Part shown: positions 1-9,227 of the stretch, in pieces | Layout of the letters: every line of letters begins with the position of its first letter | Numbering within the stretch: position 1 is the stretch's first letter | Source: Alphaproteobacteria bacterium | GTDB taxonomy: Bacteria; Pseudomonadota; Alphaproteobacteria; Caedimonadales; UBA1908 | Length of the DNA stretch: 64,000 nucleotides | Direction of reading: 5' to 3' | Assembly: GCA_013911655.1 (NCBI GenBank) | Contig: JACESU010000001.1 | Location: 897,152 to 961,151, forward strand | Made by a program: the position numbers and the translations under genes | The notes under the pieces: generated by a model | Told to the model about the DNA's origin: nothing | Seen by the model: the letters and a program-made list of their open reading frames with translations, nothing else | Database searches by the model: none

Positions 1-337
1 GCACCCAAGCCGTATATGACTTTTTAATCTTGCTTGACGGATTAAGCAAGCTTCCTTTTGGCTTATGAGCGCGACTCGTGCCCGTTAAATTCTGCAGATG
101 CTTTTTTTGCCAAGCGTGCGCCGGGCGCGTCAACGGATTTTCGTAGGTAAAATGAAGCCACCCATGCCACTCGGCCGGAACCTTAGAGGCATCCGCCTCT
201 GTTGCAAAGCTCACCCATCTTTTGGGGGCGCGGTCAGGCTTTGAAAAGAGAAACTTCTCTTCATAATAAAGATTACCGTATTCATCTTGTCCCACAAAGC
301 GCCCCTTAAGCCAGGTGCGAATCTTCATAATGATCAT
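1..337 (-). CDS. NDUFA12-family protein (NADH:ubiquinone oxidoreductase 17.2-kDa subunit-like), 3' end outside the window
   Basis: The reverse-strand frame from ATG (rc) at 337 or 328 reads MIIMKIRTWLKGRFVGQDEYGNLYYEEKF...RWVSFATEADASKVPAEWHGWLHFTYENP, which is the typical NDUFA12-like signature. The frame stays open to nt 1, so it has no stop in the window and is absent from the ORF track. Confidence 0.7.
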   Translation of the reverse strand, partial: MIIMKIRTWLKGRFVGQDEYGNLYYEEKFLFSKPDRAPKRWVSFATEADASKVPAEWHGWLHFTYENPLTRPAHAWQKKHLQNLTGTSRAHKPKGSLLNPSSKIKKSYTAWV

Positions 338-552
338 AGAAGTTCCATCACAAGTTCTTATGCTGTCAGCAATTATGACAGCACGCGCCTCGCCCGTCCA
401 TGTTTTCTTTCAATGACTCTCCAGATCATAGGGGGTATTTTTCTTGCAAAGACACTTTTTGCGCCTTTTTGAAACGACGATTCTATGCTAGTAAAAATCC
501 ATCTCCCAGGTTTGCAAACGCCTTATCAAAAGCCAAAGGATACGATGACATT

Positions 553-2031
553 ATGACAGTGGTGGCCCTTTCAACATCCCAAGACCAAGCCCGTGTCTTG
601 ACCGAGAATGCCCCACCTGCCAATCTGGAGGCTGAGCAAGCACTTCTGGGCGCCCTTCTCCACCATAATGGCGCGTACGAGCAGCTGTGCGAATATCTAA
701 AAGCAGAACACTTTGCCGATGCCACCAACGGGCGCATTTACGCCGCCATGGGGCGCCTTATCGAGCGCGGACAAATTGCCGATCCTATTACCCTTCGTGA
801 TTTTTTTTCCCGGGATAAAAGCCTTGACGATATTGGTGGGACAGAATACCTGGCTTATCTTGCGACGTGTGTGATTTCCCTTGGAAACACCCAAACCTAT
901 GGCAAAATTATTCATGAGCTAGCCCTTAGACGCGCGCTTATTGATCTTGGCAGTCAAATTGCTCAAGAAGCCATTACCCCAACGAGCGAAGAAGAAACCC
1001 CTCAAAGGCAAATCGAAAAGGCCGAGCAGCGCCTCTATGATCTGGCCACAACCGGCCAATCGGACCGGGGGTTTGTCGCGTTTTCTGGCGCTCTTGCCAC
1101 CGCCATCCAAGCAGCCCAACTTGCCCGCCAACGTCAGGCAAGCATTGTGGGCGTGACAACCGGCCTTGAAGACCTTGATAAGCAATTAGGGGGGCTCCAC
1201 CCTTCGGACTTGATTATCTTGGCAGGACGTCCCTCCATGGGAAAAACCGCCCTTGCGACCAACATTGCCTTTAACGCCGCCCTTGCCAAACTTGAGGACA
1301 GCGAAGGTCCCGGCGCAGGAGTCGCTTTTTTCTCCCTCGAAATGTCGGCAGATCAGCTTGCTGGACGTCTTCTTGCCCAAGAAAGTGATGTACCCTCGGA
1401 CCATATTAGGCGCGGTCAAATCAATGACACTGTGTTCCCGCGCTTTCGCCTAGTGGCAGAGCGCTGCGCGAACCTACCCCTTTATATTGATGATACCCCT
1501 GCCCTGACCATTTCAGCCGTGCGGACAAGATCCAGACGTCTTAAGCGCAAACACGGACTTGGCCTTATCATCATCGATTATTTGCAGTTGCTGCAAGGCA
1601 GTAACGGTGGCAAAGAAGGACGCGTCCAGGAAATTTCTGAGATCACCCGGGGCCTTAAGGCTCTTGCCAAGGAACTGAACGTACCGGTTATTGCCCTTTC
1701 GCAGCTTTCGCGTGCGGTCGAACAGCGCGATGATAAGCGTCCGCAGCTGTCGGACCTTCGTGAATCGGGATCCATCGAACAAGACGCTGATGTTGTGCTG
1801 TTTGTGTACCGCGAAGAATATTATCTTGCCCGGCAAGAGCCGTCCGACAAGGGTGGACAAAAATATCTTGAGTGGGAAACGAAAATGACCCATGCCCGCA
1901 ATGTGGGTGAGGCCATCATTTCGAAACAACGCCACGGCCCCATCGGCACAGTGCGCCTTTACTTTGATGCATCTCTCACCCGTTTTGGAAATTTGAAAAC
2001 CAAAGAGCACTTGCCAGATGCTAGGTACTAA
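553..2031 (+). CDS. dnaB: replicative DNA helicase DnaB
   Basis: ORF 400..2031. The in-frame ATG at 553 gives MTVVAL...PPANLEAEQALLGALL (DnaB N-domain). Walker A GRPSMGKTALATNIA, IIIDYLQLL, SQLSRAVEQR and RESGSIEQDADVV are present. Confidence 0.93.
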   Translation: MTVVALSTSQDQARVLTENAPPANLEAEQALLGALLHHNGAYEQLCEYLKAEHFADATNGRIYAAMGRLIERGQIADPITLRDFFSRDKSLDDIGGTEYLAYLATCVISLGNTQTYGKIIHELALRRALIDLGSQIAQEAITPTSEEETPQRQIEKAEQRLYDLATTGQSDRGFVAFSGALATAIQAAQLARQRQASIVGVTTGLEDLDKQLGGLHPSDLIILAGRPSMGKTALATNIAFNAALAKLEDSEGPGAGVAFFSLEMSADQLAGRLLAQESDVPSDHIRRGQINDTVFPRFRLVAERCANLPLYIDDTPALTISAVRTRSRRLKRKHGLGLIIIDYLQLLQGSNGGKEGRVQEISEITRGLKALAKELNVPVIALSQLSRAVEQRDDKRPQLSDLRESGSIEQDADVVLFVYREEYYLARQEPSDKGGQKYLEWETKMTHARNVGEAIISKQRHGPIGTVRLYFDASLTRFGNLKTKEHLPDARY

Positions 2032-3124
2032 TCCCATGTCCGTTGGCGACACCTCGCTTGCCACGCCGTCTTGTGTGGCCCATATTAATCTTGCTGCCAT
2101 ACGGCACAATTTCAGCCTGTTACAAAAATCTCATCCTGCGCAAAAAATTGCAGCCGTGATTAAAGCTGATGCTTATGGCCTTGGCACGGCGCCCATTGCC
2201 AGGACCTTGGCCCTTGCAGGATGTCAACATTTTGTGGTCGCCTTTCCCGAAGAAGGTCTTTTTCTTAGAACCCTTCTTAAAGAACCCAAAATCTATGTCC
2301 TATCTGGTGCCTGGGAAGGAATGGAGCATACCTTTGTCAAAGAAAAGCTAATTCCTGTCATCAACGATCTTGAAAGCGCCCAAAGGTGGCAGCAAGTGGC
2401 AAAGGATGCCCCTTGTGCCCTACATGTTGATACAGGCATGGCGCGTACTGGTTTTGAAGGAAATGATCTTCTTCAAGACAAAAACTTCCTTCGCACCTTA
2501 AATGTTCAATTTATCATGAGTCACTATGCCAACAGCGAGGATCCCCATCACCCCTTTAATCAAACTCAAAACGATCTTTTCAAAACAATATCAGCCCATT
2601 TTCCAAGTGTTCCGACCTGCCTTGCGAACTCTTGCGCGCTGTCTTTGAATAACACGTTTTGGGGCGACTTTGTGCGTCCAGGATTAAAACTATACGGCCT
2701 TTCTCCTGACACGGTCCAAGATGATGGGTATTTACCGGCCTTGCGCGTCTCAACTAGAATTATACAAGTTAGACAGATCGCCCCTGGCCAAAACGTTGGC
2801 TATGGTAACACATGGTCCCCCACGCGTCCTACGCGCCTTGCGACCCTTGCCATGGGATATGCCGACGGCCTTCTTCGCAGCCTCAGTAATAAAGGACACG
2901 TGTGGATTCAAGGAAACAAGGTACCTTTAATGGGTCGTGTCTCCATGGACTTTGCCACCATTGACGTAACAGAGGTAGATTCCGCCATCACAGCTGTTGG
3001 CAGTTGGGTCGATCTCTTTTATGATGCTCACAGTTTATATGAACAAGCGCATGCGGCCGACACAGCCCCCCACGAGTTTCTTGTGGGGCTTAGCACACGG
3101 TGCACGCGCCTTTACACAGGATAG
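2018..3124 (+). CDS. alr: alanine racemase
   Basis: PLP-lysine motif AVIKADAYGLG, the MSHYANSE region and a GYADG-type C-terminal half. An alternative start at ATG 2036 would avoid overlap with dnaB. Confidence 0.88.
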   Translation: MLGTNPMSVGDTSLATPSCVAHINLAAIRHNFSLLQKSHPAQKIAAVIKADAYGLGTAPIARTLALAGCQHFVVAFPEEGLFLRTLLKEPKIYVLSGAWEGMEHTFVKEKLIPVINDLESAQRWQQVAKDAPCALHVDTGMARTGFEGNDLLQDKNFLRTLNVQFIMSHYANSEDPHHPFNQTQNDLFKTISAHFPSVPTCLANSCALSLNNTFWGDFVRPGLKLYGLSPDTVQDDGYLPALRVSTRIIQVRQIAPGQNVGYGNTWSPTRPTRLATLAMGYADGLLRSLSNKGHVWIQGNKVPLMGRVSMDFATIDVTEVDSAITAVGSWVDLFYDAHSLYEQAHAADTAPHEFLVGLSTRCTRLYTG

Positions 3125-3138
3125 GAGACACCCCAAGC

Positions 3139-3918
3139 ATGCTTAGCTTTATCCCCCTGACGGGACGCCTTTTTTTGACGTTCTTACAAACAGTGGGCAG
3201 GCTCTTTCTTTTTGGCATGAGTGCCCTTGGGGCCGGCTTTCGCCCCCCCTACTATCCCCGCCAACTCATGCGCCAACTTGTGGAAATTGGGTATAATTCT
3301 TTGCCCGTTGTGGGGCTCACAGCCGCGTTTACAGGAATGGTCCTTGCCCTTCAAAGCTATACAGGCTTTGCCCGTTTTTCGGCAGAGGGCGCTGTGGCAA
3401 CGGTAGTGGTTCTGTCCGTCACAAGAGAGCTTTCCCCTGTGCTTGCGGGCCTGATGGTTGCTGGCCGTGTGGGGGCTGCCATGGCGGCCGAGATTGGGAC
3501 CATGCGCGTCACTGAACAGGTAGACGCCCTGGTGACACTGTCAACTAATCCTCTTCAATATCTTGTGGCACCTCGTATTTTGGCAGGTCTTTTGATGTTG
3601 CCCTGCCTTGTGTTAGTTGGTGACATCGTTGGCATTTTTGGGGGGTATCTCGTCTCAGTTTATAAACTTGGTTTTAACCCCGGACAGTATCTTTATCGTA
3701 CTTTTGAATATCTTCAGGTCATGGATGTGGTTTCAGGCCTTGTCAAAGCTGCCGTCTTTGGCTTTTGTATTGCTTTAATGGGCTGTTATCATGGCTACCA
3801 CTCTAAGGGCGGCGCTCAAGGGGTCGGAGCCGCCACAACTCAGGCCGTTGTCTCGGCCTCCATCTTGATTTTGATCTTTAATTATCTCATCACCGCTCTG
3901 TTTTTTGGAGAGGTTTAA
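3139..3918 (+). CDS. mlaE: MlaE-type (YrbE/Ttg2B) ABC transporter permease
   Basis: ATG 3139 is preceded by AGGAGA. Polytopic membrane protein with QL..IG..SLPVV.LTA.FTGMVLALQ and the EQVDAL motif typical of MlaE. Confidence 0.85.
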   Translation: MLSFIPLTGRLFLTFLQTVGRLFLFGMSALGAGFRPPYYPRQLMRQLVEIGYNSLPVVGLTAAFTGMVLALQSYTGFARFSAEGAVATVVVLSVTRELSPVLAGLMVAGRVGAAMAAEIGTMRVTEQVDALVTLSTNPLQYLVAPRILAGLLMLPCLVLVGDIVGIFGGYLVSVYKLGFNPGQYLYRTFEYLQVMDVVSGLVKAAVFGFCIALMGCYHGYHSKGGAQGVGAATTQAVVSASILILIFNYLITALFFGEV

Positions 3919-3922
3919 GCCC

Positions 3923-4678
3923 ATGATTCACGTACAACACCTTAAAAAATCGTTTGGTAAAAAACAGGTTCTAAAGGACGTCAGTTTTGACGTTGCCCAA
4001 GGCGAATCCCTTGTCATCATTGGCGGTTCTGGATCAGGTAAATCTGTCACCCTCAAATGCCTGCTGGGCCTTTTACCAGCAGACAAAGGAAGACTTCAGA
4101 TTGATGGAGAAGAGTTTTTTGGGGCTGCCCCTTCTGCTTATGACGCACTTCGCCCCCGCATGGGCATGCTGTTTCAAGGAGCAGCCCTTTTTGACAGCCT
4201 GCCCGTGTGGGAAAATATTTTTTTCGCACCCATCCAGCAAAAGAAAATGACAAGGGCTGAGGCCAAAGACGAGGCCCCTCACCGCCTTGTGGCTGTTGGC
4301 CTTCAAAAAGAAGTGGCTGATCTTTACCCTGCCGAACTTTCAGGGGGGATGCAGCGCCGTGTGGGCCTTGCGCGGGCCGTTGCAAGCAAGCCTGAGATCA
4401 TTTTCTTTGACGAACCCACAGCCGGTCTTGACCCCATTATCAGCGGCGTCATCAATGATCTGATTGTTGAGAACGTTAAGGGCCTAGGGGCGACAACCAT
4501 CACCATCACCCACGATATGCATAGTGTGCGCACCATTGCGGACCGCGTGGCCATGATCCACGGGGGTGAAATCGTGTGGTGCGGGACAAAAGCTGACCTC
4601 GACCACAGTGACAATCCCTATGTCGAGCAGTTTATTCATGGGCGTACCACCGGCCCCATACATGTAGAGGGCGCCTAA
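3923..4678 (+). CDS. mlaF: MlaF-type ABC transporter ATP-binding protein
   Basis: ATG 3923 follows GGAGAGG. Walker A GGSGSGKS, signature LSGGMQRRVGLARA and Walker B IIFFDEPTAGLDP. Confidence 0.88.
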   Translation: MIHVQHLKKSFGKKQVLKDVSFDVAQGESLVIIGGSGSGKSVTLKCLLGLLPADKGRLQIDGEEFFGAAPSAYDALRPRMGMLFQGAALFDSLPVWENIFFAPIQQKKMTRAEAKDEAPHRLVAVGLQKEVADLYPAELSGGMQRRVGLARAVASKPEIIFFDEPTAGLDPIISGVINDLIVENVKGLGATTITITHDMHSVRTIADRVAMIHGGEIVWCGTKADLDHSDNPYVEQFIHGRTTGPIHVEGA

Positions 4679-6061
4679 GTGGCCAAAGCCCAACGTCTTT
4701 TTGCCTGCCAACAGTGCGGCTTGACCCAACCCAAATGGTCGGGACAGTGTGCGGGGTGCGAAAGTTGGAACACCTTTGTCGAGGAAATCACAAGCCCCCC
4801 GCCGGGCATGCCTGCAGCGCCAAAGACAGGGCGCGTTTTATCCTTTACAACCCTGGATGCCCCCCTGACGCCCCTTCTTCGGGCCAGCTGCGGTATCGAA
4901 GAATTTGACCGTGTGTGTGGCGGGGGGCTTGTGCCAGGCTCGGTTCTTCTTGTGGGCGGTGATCCTGGCATTGGCAAATCAACCCTCCTGCTTCAAGTGG
5001 CGGCCTCTCTTTCTCTCCAGCATCCTTGCCTTTATATCTCTGGCGAAGAGGCGGTCGATCAAGTACGTCTACGCGCCCAGCGCCTGCAGGTTCAAAATAC
5101 ACCGCTACGTCTGGCGTCCGCCACAAACCTTAATGACGTCATTGCGACCCTTGAAAAAGAGCGCGAAGTTCCCGCCCTTGTGATCATTGACTCGATTCAA
5201 ACCATGTATCTCGAGCAACTGGACTCGGCCCCAGGATCTGTGTCCCAGGTGCGCGCGTGTACAAGCGAGCTGATACGCCTTGCCAAAAAACGTCACATTA
5301 CCTTTATCCTTGTGGGGCACGTCACCAAAGAAGGCGCCATCGCAGGCCCTAGAGTCCTTGAACATATGGTGGATACGGTCCTTTATTTCGAGGGAGAGCG
5401 CGGGCATCACTTTAGGATTCTTCGCGGCGTTAAAAACCGTTTTGGTGCAACAGATGAAATTGGTGTTTTTGAGATGGCTCAGCAGGGTCTTACCCAAGTC
5501 CCCAATCCGTCTGCTCTTTTTCTGTCTCAAAAAGGCGAGAACGTCCCGGGATCCGTCATTTTCGCAGGTCTTGAGGGAACGCGTCCCGTGCTTGTTGAAA
5601 TTCAAACACTGGTGGCGCCCACAAGCTTTGGCACGCCCAGACGCTCTGTCATCGGGTGGGACGCGAACCGTCTTTCCATGGTGATCGCGGTCCTTGAGGC
5701 GCGTTGTGGGATTCAGCTGGGTGCCAGAGACGTGTACTTAAGCGTCGTGGGCGGGCTTCGCATCCAAGAACCAGCTGCTGACCTCGCGGTCGCGGCCGCC
5801 CTTGTGTCCTCCCTTCATAATGTGCCCTGCCCCTGTGACACCGTCTACTTTGGCGAGATCGGCCTTTCTGGCGAGGTGCGCAGCGTCAGCCAAGAAGAAC
5901 TCCGCCTTAAAGAAGCCCAAAAACTAGGCTTTAAACGTGCTTTTGTGCCACGTCGCCACACCTCTACGACAAAAAACAGACCGTCAGCACTTTCCATTGA
6001 CGAAATTTCGTATTTAGCCGAAATTGGCAGCAGCTTTGATCAAGAAAGAACGCCGTCATGA
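4679..6061 (+). CDS. radA: DNA repair protein RadA/Sms
   Basis: GTG start. N-terminal zinc ribbon CQQCG...CAGC, Walker A GDPGIGKSTLLLQ, the KNRFG motif and a Lon-like C-terminal domain. Confidence 0.93.
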   Translation: MAKAQRLFACQQCGLTQPKWSGQCAGCESWNTFVEEITSPPPGMPAAPKTGRVLSFTTLDAPLTPLLRASCGIEEFDRVCGGGLVPGSVLLVGGDPGIGKSTLLLQVAASLSLQHPCLYISGEEAVDQVRLRAQRLQVQNTPLRLASATNLNDVIATLEKEREVPALVIIDSIQTMYLEQLDSAPGSVSQVRACTSELIRLAKKRHITFILVGHVTKEGAIAGPRVLEHMVDTVLYFEGERGHHFRILRGVKNRFGATDEIGVFEMAQQGLTQVPNPSALFLSQKGENVPGSVIFAGLEGTRPVLVEIQTLVAPTSFGTPRRSVIGWDANRLSMVIAVLEARCGIQLGARDVYLSVVGGLRIQEPAADLAVAAALVSSLHNVPCPCDTVYFGEIGLSGEVRSVSQEELRLKEAQKLGFKRAFVPRRHTSTTKNRPSALSIDEISYLAEIGSSFDQERTPS

Positions 6062-6792
6062 CCCCTGAGGTAACACCTCCTTCTGCTGCGAATCCCTATG
6101 ATTTAATTGTCTTGGGCGTTTTCTTTTTTTCCGCCGCCATGGGCATTTACCGGGGCCTTACCAAAGAGGTCCTCAGTATTGCCGCCTGGGTCGGCGCGGG
6201 TCTTACAGCAACGTTTTGTTATTTGCCCTTTCGGGATATGTTTCGAGGTTTCATTAGCTATGTCTTCATCGCCGACATCGCCAACATCTTAGTCGTCTTT
6301 GTCACAAGCCTTGTCATCATGACCATGCTGATCAGCACGGTTTCGGAAAAAATCAAACACTCTAGACTTGGCGGCCTTGACCGGTCTTTAGGATGCCTCT
6401 TTGGTGCGACCAGAGCGTTTTTAATGCTCGAGGCGATCTTTCTCTTGTCCTTCATGATCTGGAAAAAACCAGAAGACCGTGCCCACGCTCTGCCGACGCT
6501 TCAGCACGCAAGGTCTCTTCCCTTTTTAGAAAAAGGGGCGCGAGTCCTTTTGAATCTAGCACCCCATGGCCTTGTTCCCGCTCATTTTGAAGAGCAGTTT
6601 AAGCCAGAAGCCATGCGTTCATCCCACGAAATGGTTGAAGCGCTCTCGCAGCCAAAACCTCAGGAAATCAAAAAGCTTGAAGGCAAACATGAGACTGCGC
6701 CTGCATACGGCAAAGGAAGTGTCCAAGACTTAGACCGCCTTTTCAAGACCATCGACAAACCTCTCAATAACGCCTTAGGAAATACGAAATAA
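6058..6792 (+). CDS. cvpA: CvpA-family membrane protein (colicin V production protein-like)
   Basis: ATGA overlap with radA. Four predicted TM helices, DLIVLGVFFFSAAMGIYRGLTKEVLSIAAWV, and a hydrophilic tail. radA-cvpA synteny is common. Confidence 0.72.
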   Translation: MTPEVTPPSAANPYDLIVLGVFFFSAAMGIYRGLTKEVLSIAAWVGAGLTATFCYLPFRDMFRGFISYVFIADIANILVVFVTSLVIMTMLISTVSEKIKHSRLGGLDRSLGCLFGATRAFLMLEAIFLLSFMIWKKPEDRAHALPTLQHARSLPFLEKGARVLLNLAPHGLVPAHFEEQFKPEAMRSSHEMVEALSQPKPQEIKKLEGKHETAPAYGKGSVQDLDRLFKTIDKPLNNALGNTK

Positions 6793-6886
6793 AAACAAAT
6801 AAATGACCATTCAATTCTTGCTTTAATAAAGATTAACCATTTAAAGGTACCATGATTACATGGACTCTTGTTTGCAGGAGGCATAC

Positions 6887-7678
6887 ATGTTTAATCATGG
6901 CGGACACGAAGAAGCGGTTGCATTGCAACGGGAAAAGAGTGCTCTTTTCTTAGAAGAATATCATCATGAGCATCAAGAAAGAGGTCTGCCCCTTACAGAC
7001 ATTCTTATAAAAAATAATTTGATTTTTGAAAGTCTACGATCAAAGATTTTCCCTGAAACGAACTTACTTCTCTTTTCAAAGGATGTTTATGATTCTTATG
7101 TAGCTAATCAAGATCCCATGACTTTTACTTTTGTTTTGGCATCTTCTACAGCTAACAAAGAGCTTGCTTCAGTGCTTAAATTTCTGGAAATATTCTCGAC
7201 CTTTCCCCTTAAACCAAAAGCTTACTTTCTGCTGATCGATTGGCCCCGCTTTCATGATGATAAAACACCTCAGAGCACGGTCAACTCTTACCAGGAAATA
7301 TCGAACCGCGTTGGCGCCTTTTTTCATCTATGTCATAACAGCCCGCAAATAGACGTGATTGAAGCCCCCCAAATCACAGCCTTTATGAAGTCTCATGAGG
7401 AACTTCTTAAAGAGAAAGATTTTCAGACGGATTTAGCGTGGATCGAACGTTTTTATGAACGAGAACATAGCTATTATAGGCTATCCCCAGAACAAGCTTA
7501 TCTTGATTTGATCGTACGGCGTTTTATTGCGTTTTACGCCAACGAGATGATTTTTTCACAGCATGCACGAAGTGAAAAAAATTACCTTATCACAACAGAG
7601 CTGCACAAAAGGCTTTTGAAATGCTACCGCGCTGGTTGTACAATTTTAAATATTTCGCTAGAGGCTCAAAATGCTTAG
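6887..7678 (+). CDS. hypothetical soluble protein (orphan, 263 aa)
   Basis: ATG 6887 lies 6 nt after AGGAGG. I recognise no family. The segment is AT-rich. The stop overlaps the next start, which suggests translational coupling. Confidence 0.6.
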   Translation: MFNHGGHEEAVALQREKSALFLEEYHHEHQERGLPLTDILIKNNLIFESLRSKIFPETNLLLFSKDVYDSYVANQDPMTFTFVLASSTANKELASVLKFLEIFSTFPLKPKAYFLLIDWPRFHDDKTPQSTVNSYQEISNRVGAFFHLCHNSPQIDVIEAPQITAFMKSHEELLKEKDFQTDLAWIERFYEREHSYYRLSPEQAYLDLIVRRFIAFYANEMIFSQHARSEKNYLITTELHKRLLKCYRAGCTILNISLEAQNA

Positions 7679-8267
7679 TGCAACGTTCTTTACACAACTA
7701 GCAGGGATCATTTCGTTTCTTGGGTTTATTCCTTACCTCATTGGTATCTTAAAGAAACGCGTGATCCCAAGTTTCACAACATGGCTTGTTTGGTCCATTA
7801 TTGGGATGATTTTGCTTGTAAGTTACATCAAAACAACGCCTCATCTCACCGCGTCCGTTTGGGTACCGCTCAGCTATGCCCTGGGCCCATGTGTTATTTG
7901 TATTCTTTCTCTTAAGTCAGGCCTTGAACGGCTTGGAAAAATGGACTTTGTGTGTCTTGCCATTGCGCTTGCAAGCCTTGTGCTGTCGTTTATCATTCAT
8001 AACTTCTACATCTCTTTGTTCTTGGGCATTTTTGCAGACCTGCTTGGCGCCTGGCCAACGGTGGTCAAATCATACAAAGATCCAGGGTCTGAGGATTTGA
8101 CCGCTTGGCTCTTTTTCCTAACCGGAAATGTGCTAAATGCAAGTTTCATAGAGTACAATTTGTCCTCGATCTACCCCTTATATCTTTTAGGGATATCTCT
8201 CATCATCGTCTTCTTTCTCCTAAAGGGAAAAAGAGATTTTATTCTTAAAAAGAAGATCAGTTCTTGA
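7671..8267 (+). CDS. 7-TM membrane protein with internal 3+1+3 repeat (PQ-loop/SWEET-like topology)
   Basis: Seven hydrophobic segments. The TM1-loop IPYLIGILKKRVIPSFTTWLVW and the TM5-loop AWPTVVKSYKDPGSEDLTAWLFF are recognisable repeats resembling PQ-loop motifs. Overlaps the upstream gene by 8 nt. Confidence 0.6.
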   Translation: MLSATFFTQLAGIISFLGFIPYLIGILKKRVIPSFTTWLVWSIIGMILLVSYIKTTPHLTASVWVPLSYALGPCVICILSLKSGLERLGKMDFVCLAIALASLVLSFIIHNFYISLFLGIFADLLGAWPTVVKSYKDPGSEDLTAWLFFLTGNVLNASFIEYNLSSIYPLYLLGISLIIVFFLLKGKRDFILKKKISS

Positions 8268-8270
8268 CCA

Positions 8271-9227
8271 TCATGAGACGCTCGCAGCCTTGATATACAC
8301 ATCAAGTTGTTGGCCTATATAGAGATGTTTTGCCTCTCCTGATACACGGTAAACAACTTCGACAACGCGCGTATCCACGGTTTCTGAACTCTCACCGCTT
8401 AGATCTCGTTTCGATTGCATATAGGGCTCTAGGCGCACATACGCCAGTTGATATTGAAGTTTGCCGTTACTTTTATGAATAGCAAGGGCCGGCATTTCCT
8501 TTTCAAAACGCCATACGTCCGTTTCATCGATCTGGACGCGCACATGAAAAGGATTCGTATTCCCCATTTTCACAGGCACTGGCTGATTCAAAGCATTGCC
8601 CACAAACTCGCCCTTTACAATGTTGACTTTCAAAATGACACCGTCATGGGGCGCTTTTACCGTTAGCTGATCTAGGTTGACCTTCGTAAGCTCTATATCC
8701 GAAAGCGCTTTTTTGTACGCCGCTTCGTAATAGGCAATTTGAGCCTTGGCCCTTGAAACGTTAAAGAGACGCTTTTGATATTCTTGCTGGGTAATGCTAA
8801 AGCCTTTGTTAAGTCCTTTTCCACGCCTTAGTTGATCTTCATAATCCGCCAGATCCACCTGGGCTTGGGCGATTTGCTGCTTTGCCACATGGGCGGCGTT
8901 TTGCTGCTGTAAAAGCTGTGCCTTTAAGATTGCTTCGTCAATGACAAAAAGAGGCGTTCCTTTTTTAACAAAGTCGCCTTCTTTTACAAAAATTTCATCG
9001 ACGACTCCATTAGCAAAAGTACTGACGTCAATATTTTTGGTATTTCCTTCCACATACCCTGTCCCTGAAATTCTATGCTCGTAAGGCGCTTTAGCTGGCA
9101 ACGTGAGCTGATTAGGAGGAGGCGCCTTTGGGTCGCCCCATGTCATTGTAAAGCCCACGCTCAATATAAGTCCACCCACACCTAAAATGGTCAGACTATG
9201 GGTTTTTATAAATGTGTTAAAGGACAT
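8271..9227 (-). CDS. HlyD-family periplasmic adaptor (membrane fusion protein) of a tripartite ABC exporter
   Basis: N-terminal TM anchor, a lipoyl-like G.V.EIFVKEGDFVKKGTPLFVID motif, a coiled-coil hairpin and a beta-barrel C-terminus. The start is probably the M at 9227; the ORF extends to 9272. Confidence 0.82.
   Translation of the reverse strand: MSFNTFIKTHSLTILGVGGLILSVGFTMTWGDPKAPPPNQLTLPAKAPYEHRISGTGYVEGNTKNIDVSTFANGVVDEIFVKEGDFVKKGTPLFVIDEAILKAQLLQQQNAAHVAKQQIAQAQVDLADYEDQLRRGKGLNKGFSITQQEYQKRLFNVSRAKAQIAYYEAAYKKALSDIELTKVNLDQLTVKAPHDGVILKVNIVKGEFVGNALNQPVPVKMGNTNPFHVRVQIDETDVWRFEKEMPALAIHKSNGKLQYQLAYVRLEPYMQSKRDLSGESSETVDTRVVEVVYRVSGEAKHLYIGQQLDVYIKAASVS

Noticed and set aside
6887-7678. 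A possible resemblance of the 263-aa orphan to cyclodipeptide synthases or class I aminoacyl-tRNA synthetases. The features were VLASSTAN...(31 aa)...LLID spacing like the GISxGN...VVYVD of AlbC, an HGGH near the N-terminus, and FMKSH ~160 aa later.
   Set aside because: The downstream CDPS hallmark (Y-x-x-x-E-x-P, then Y-H/P) does not line up: here it reads YANEMIF, with the wrong spacing and no Pro. The HGGH is not preceded by the usual beta-strand/P-x-G context. That is too weak to claim without a profile or structure search.
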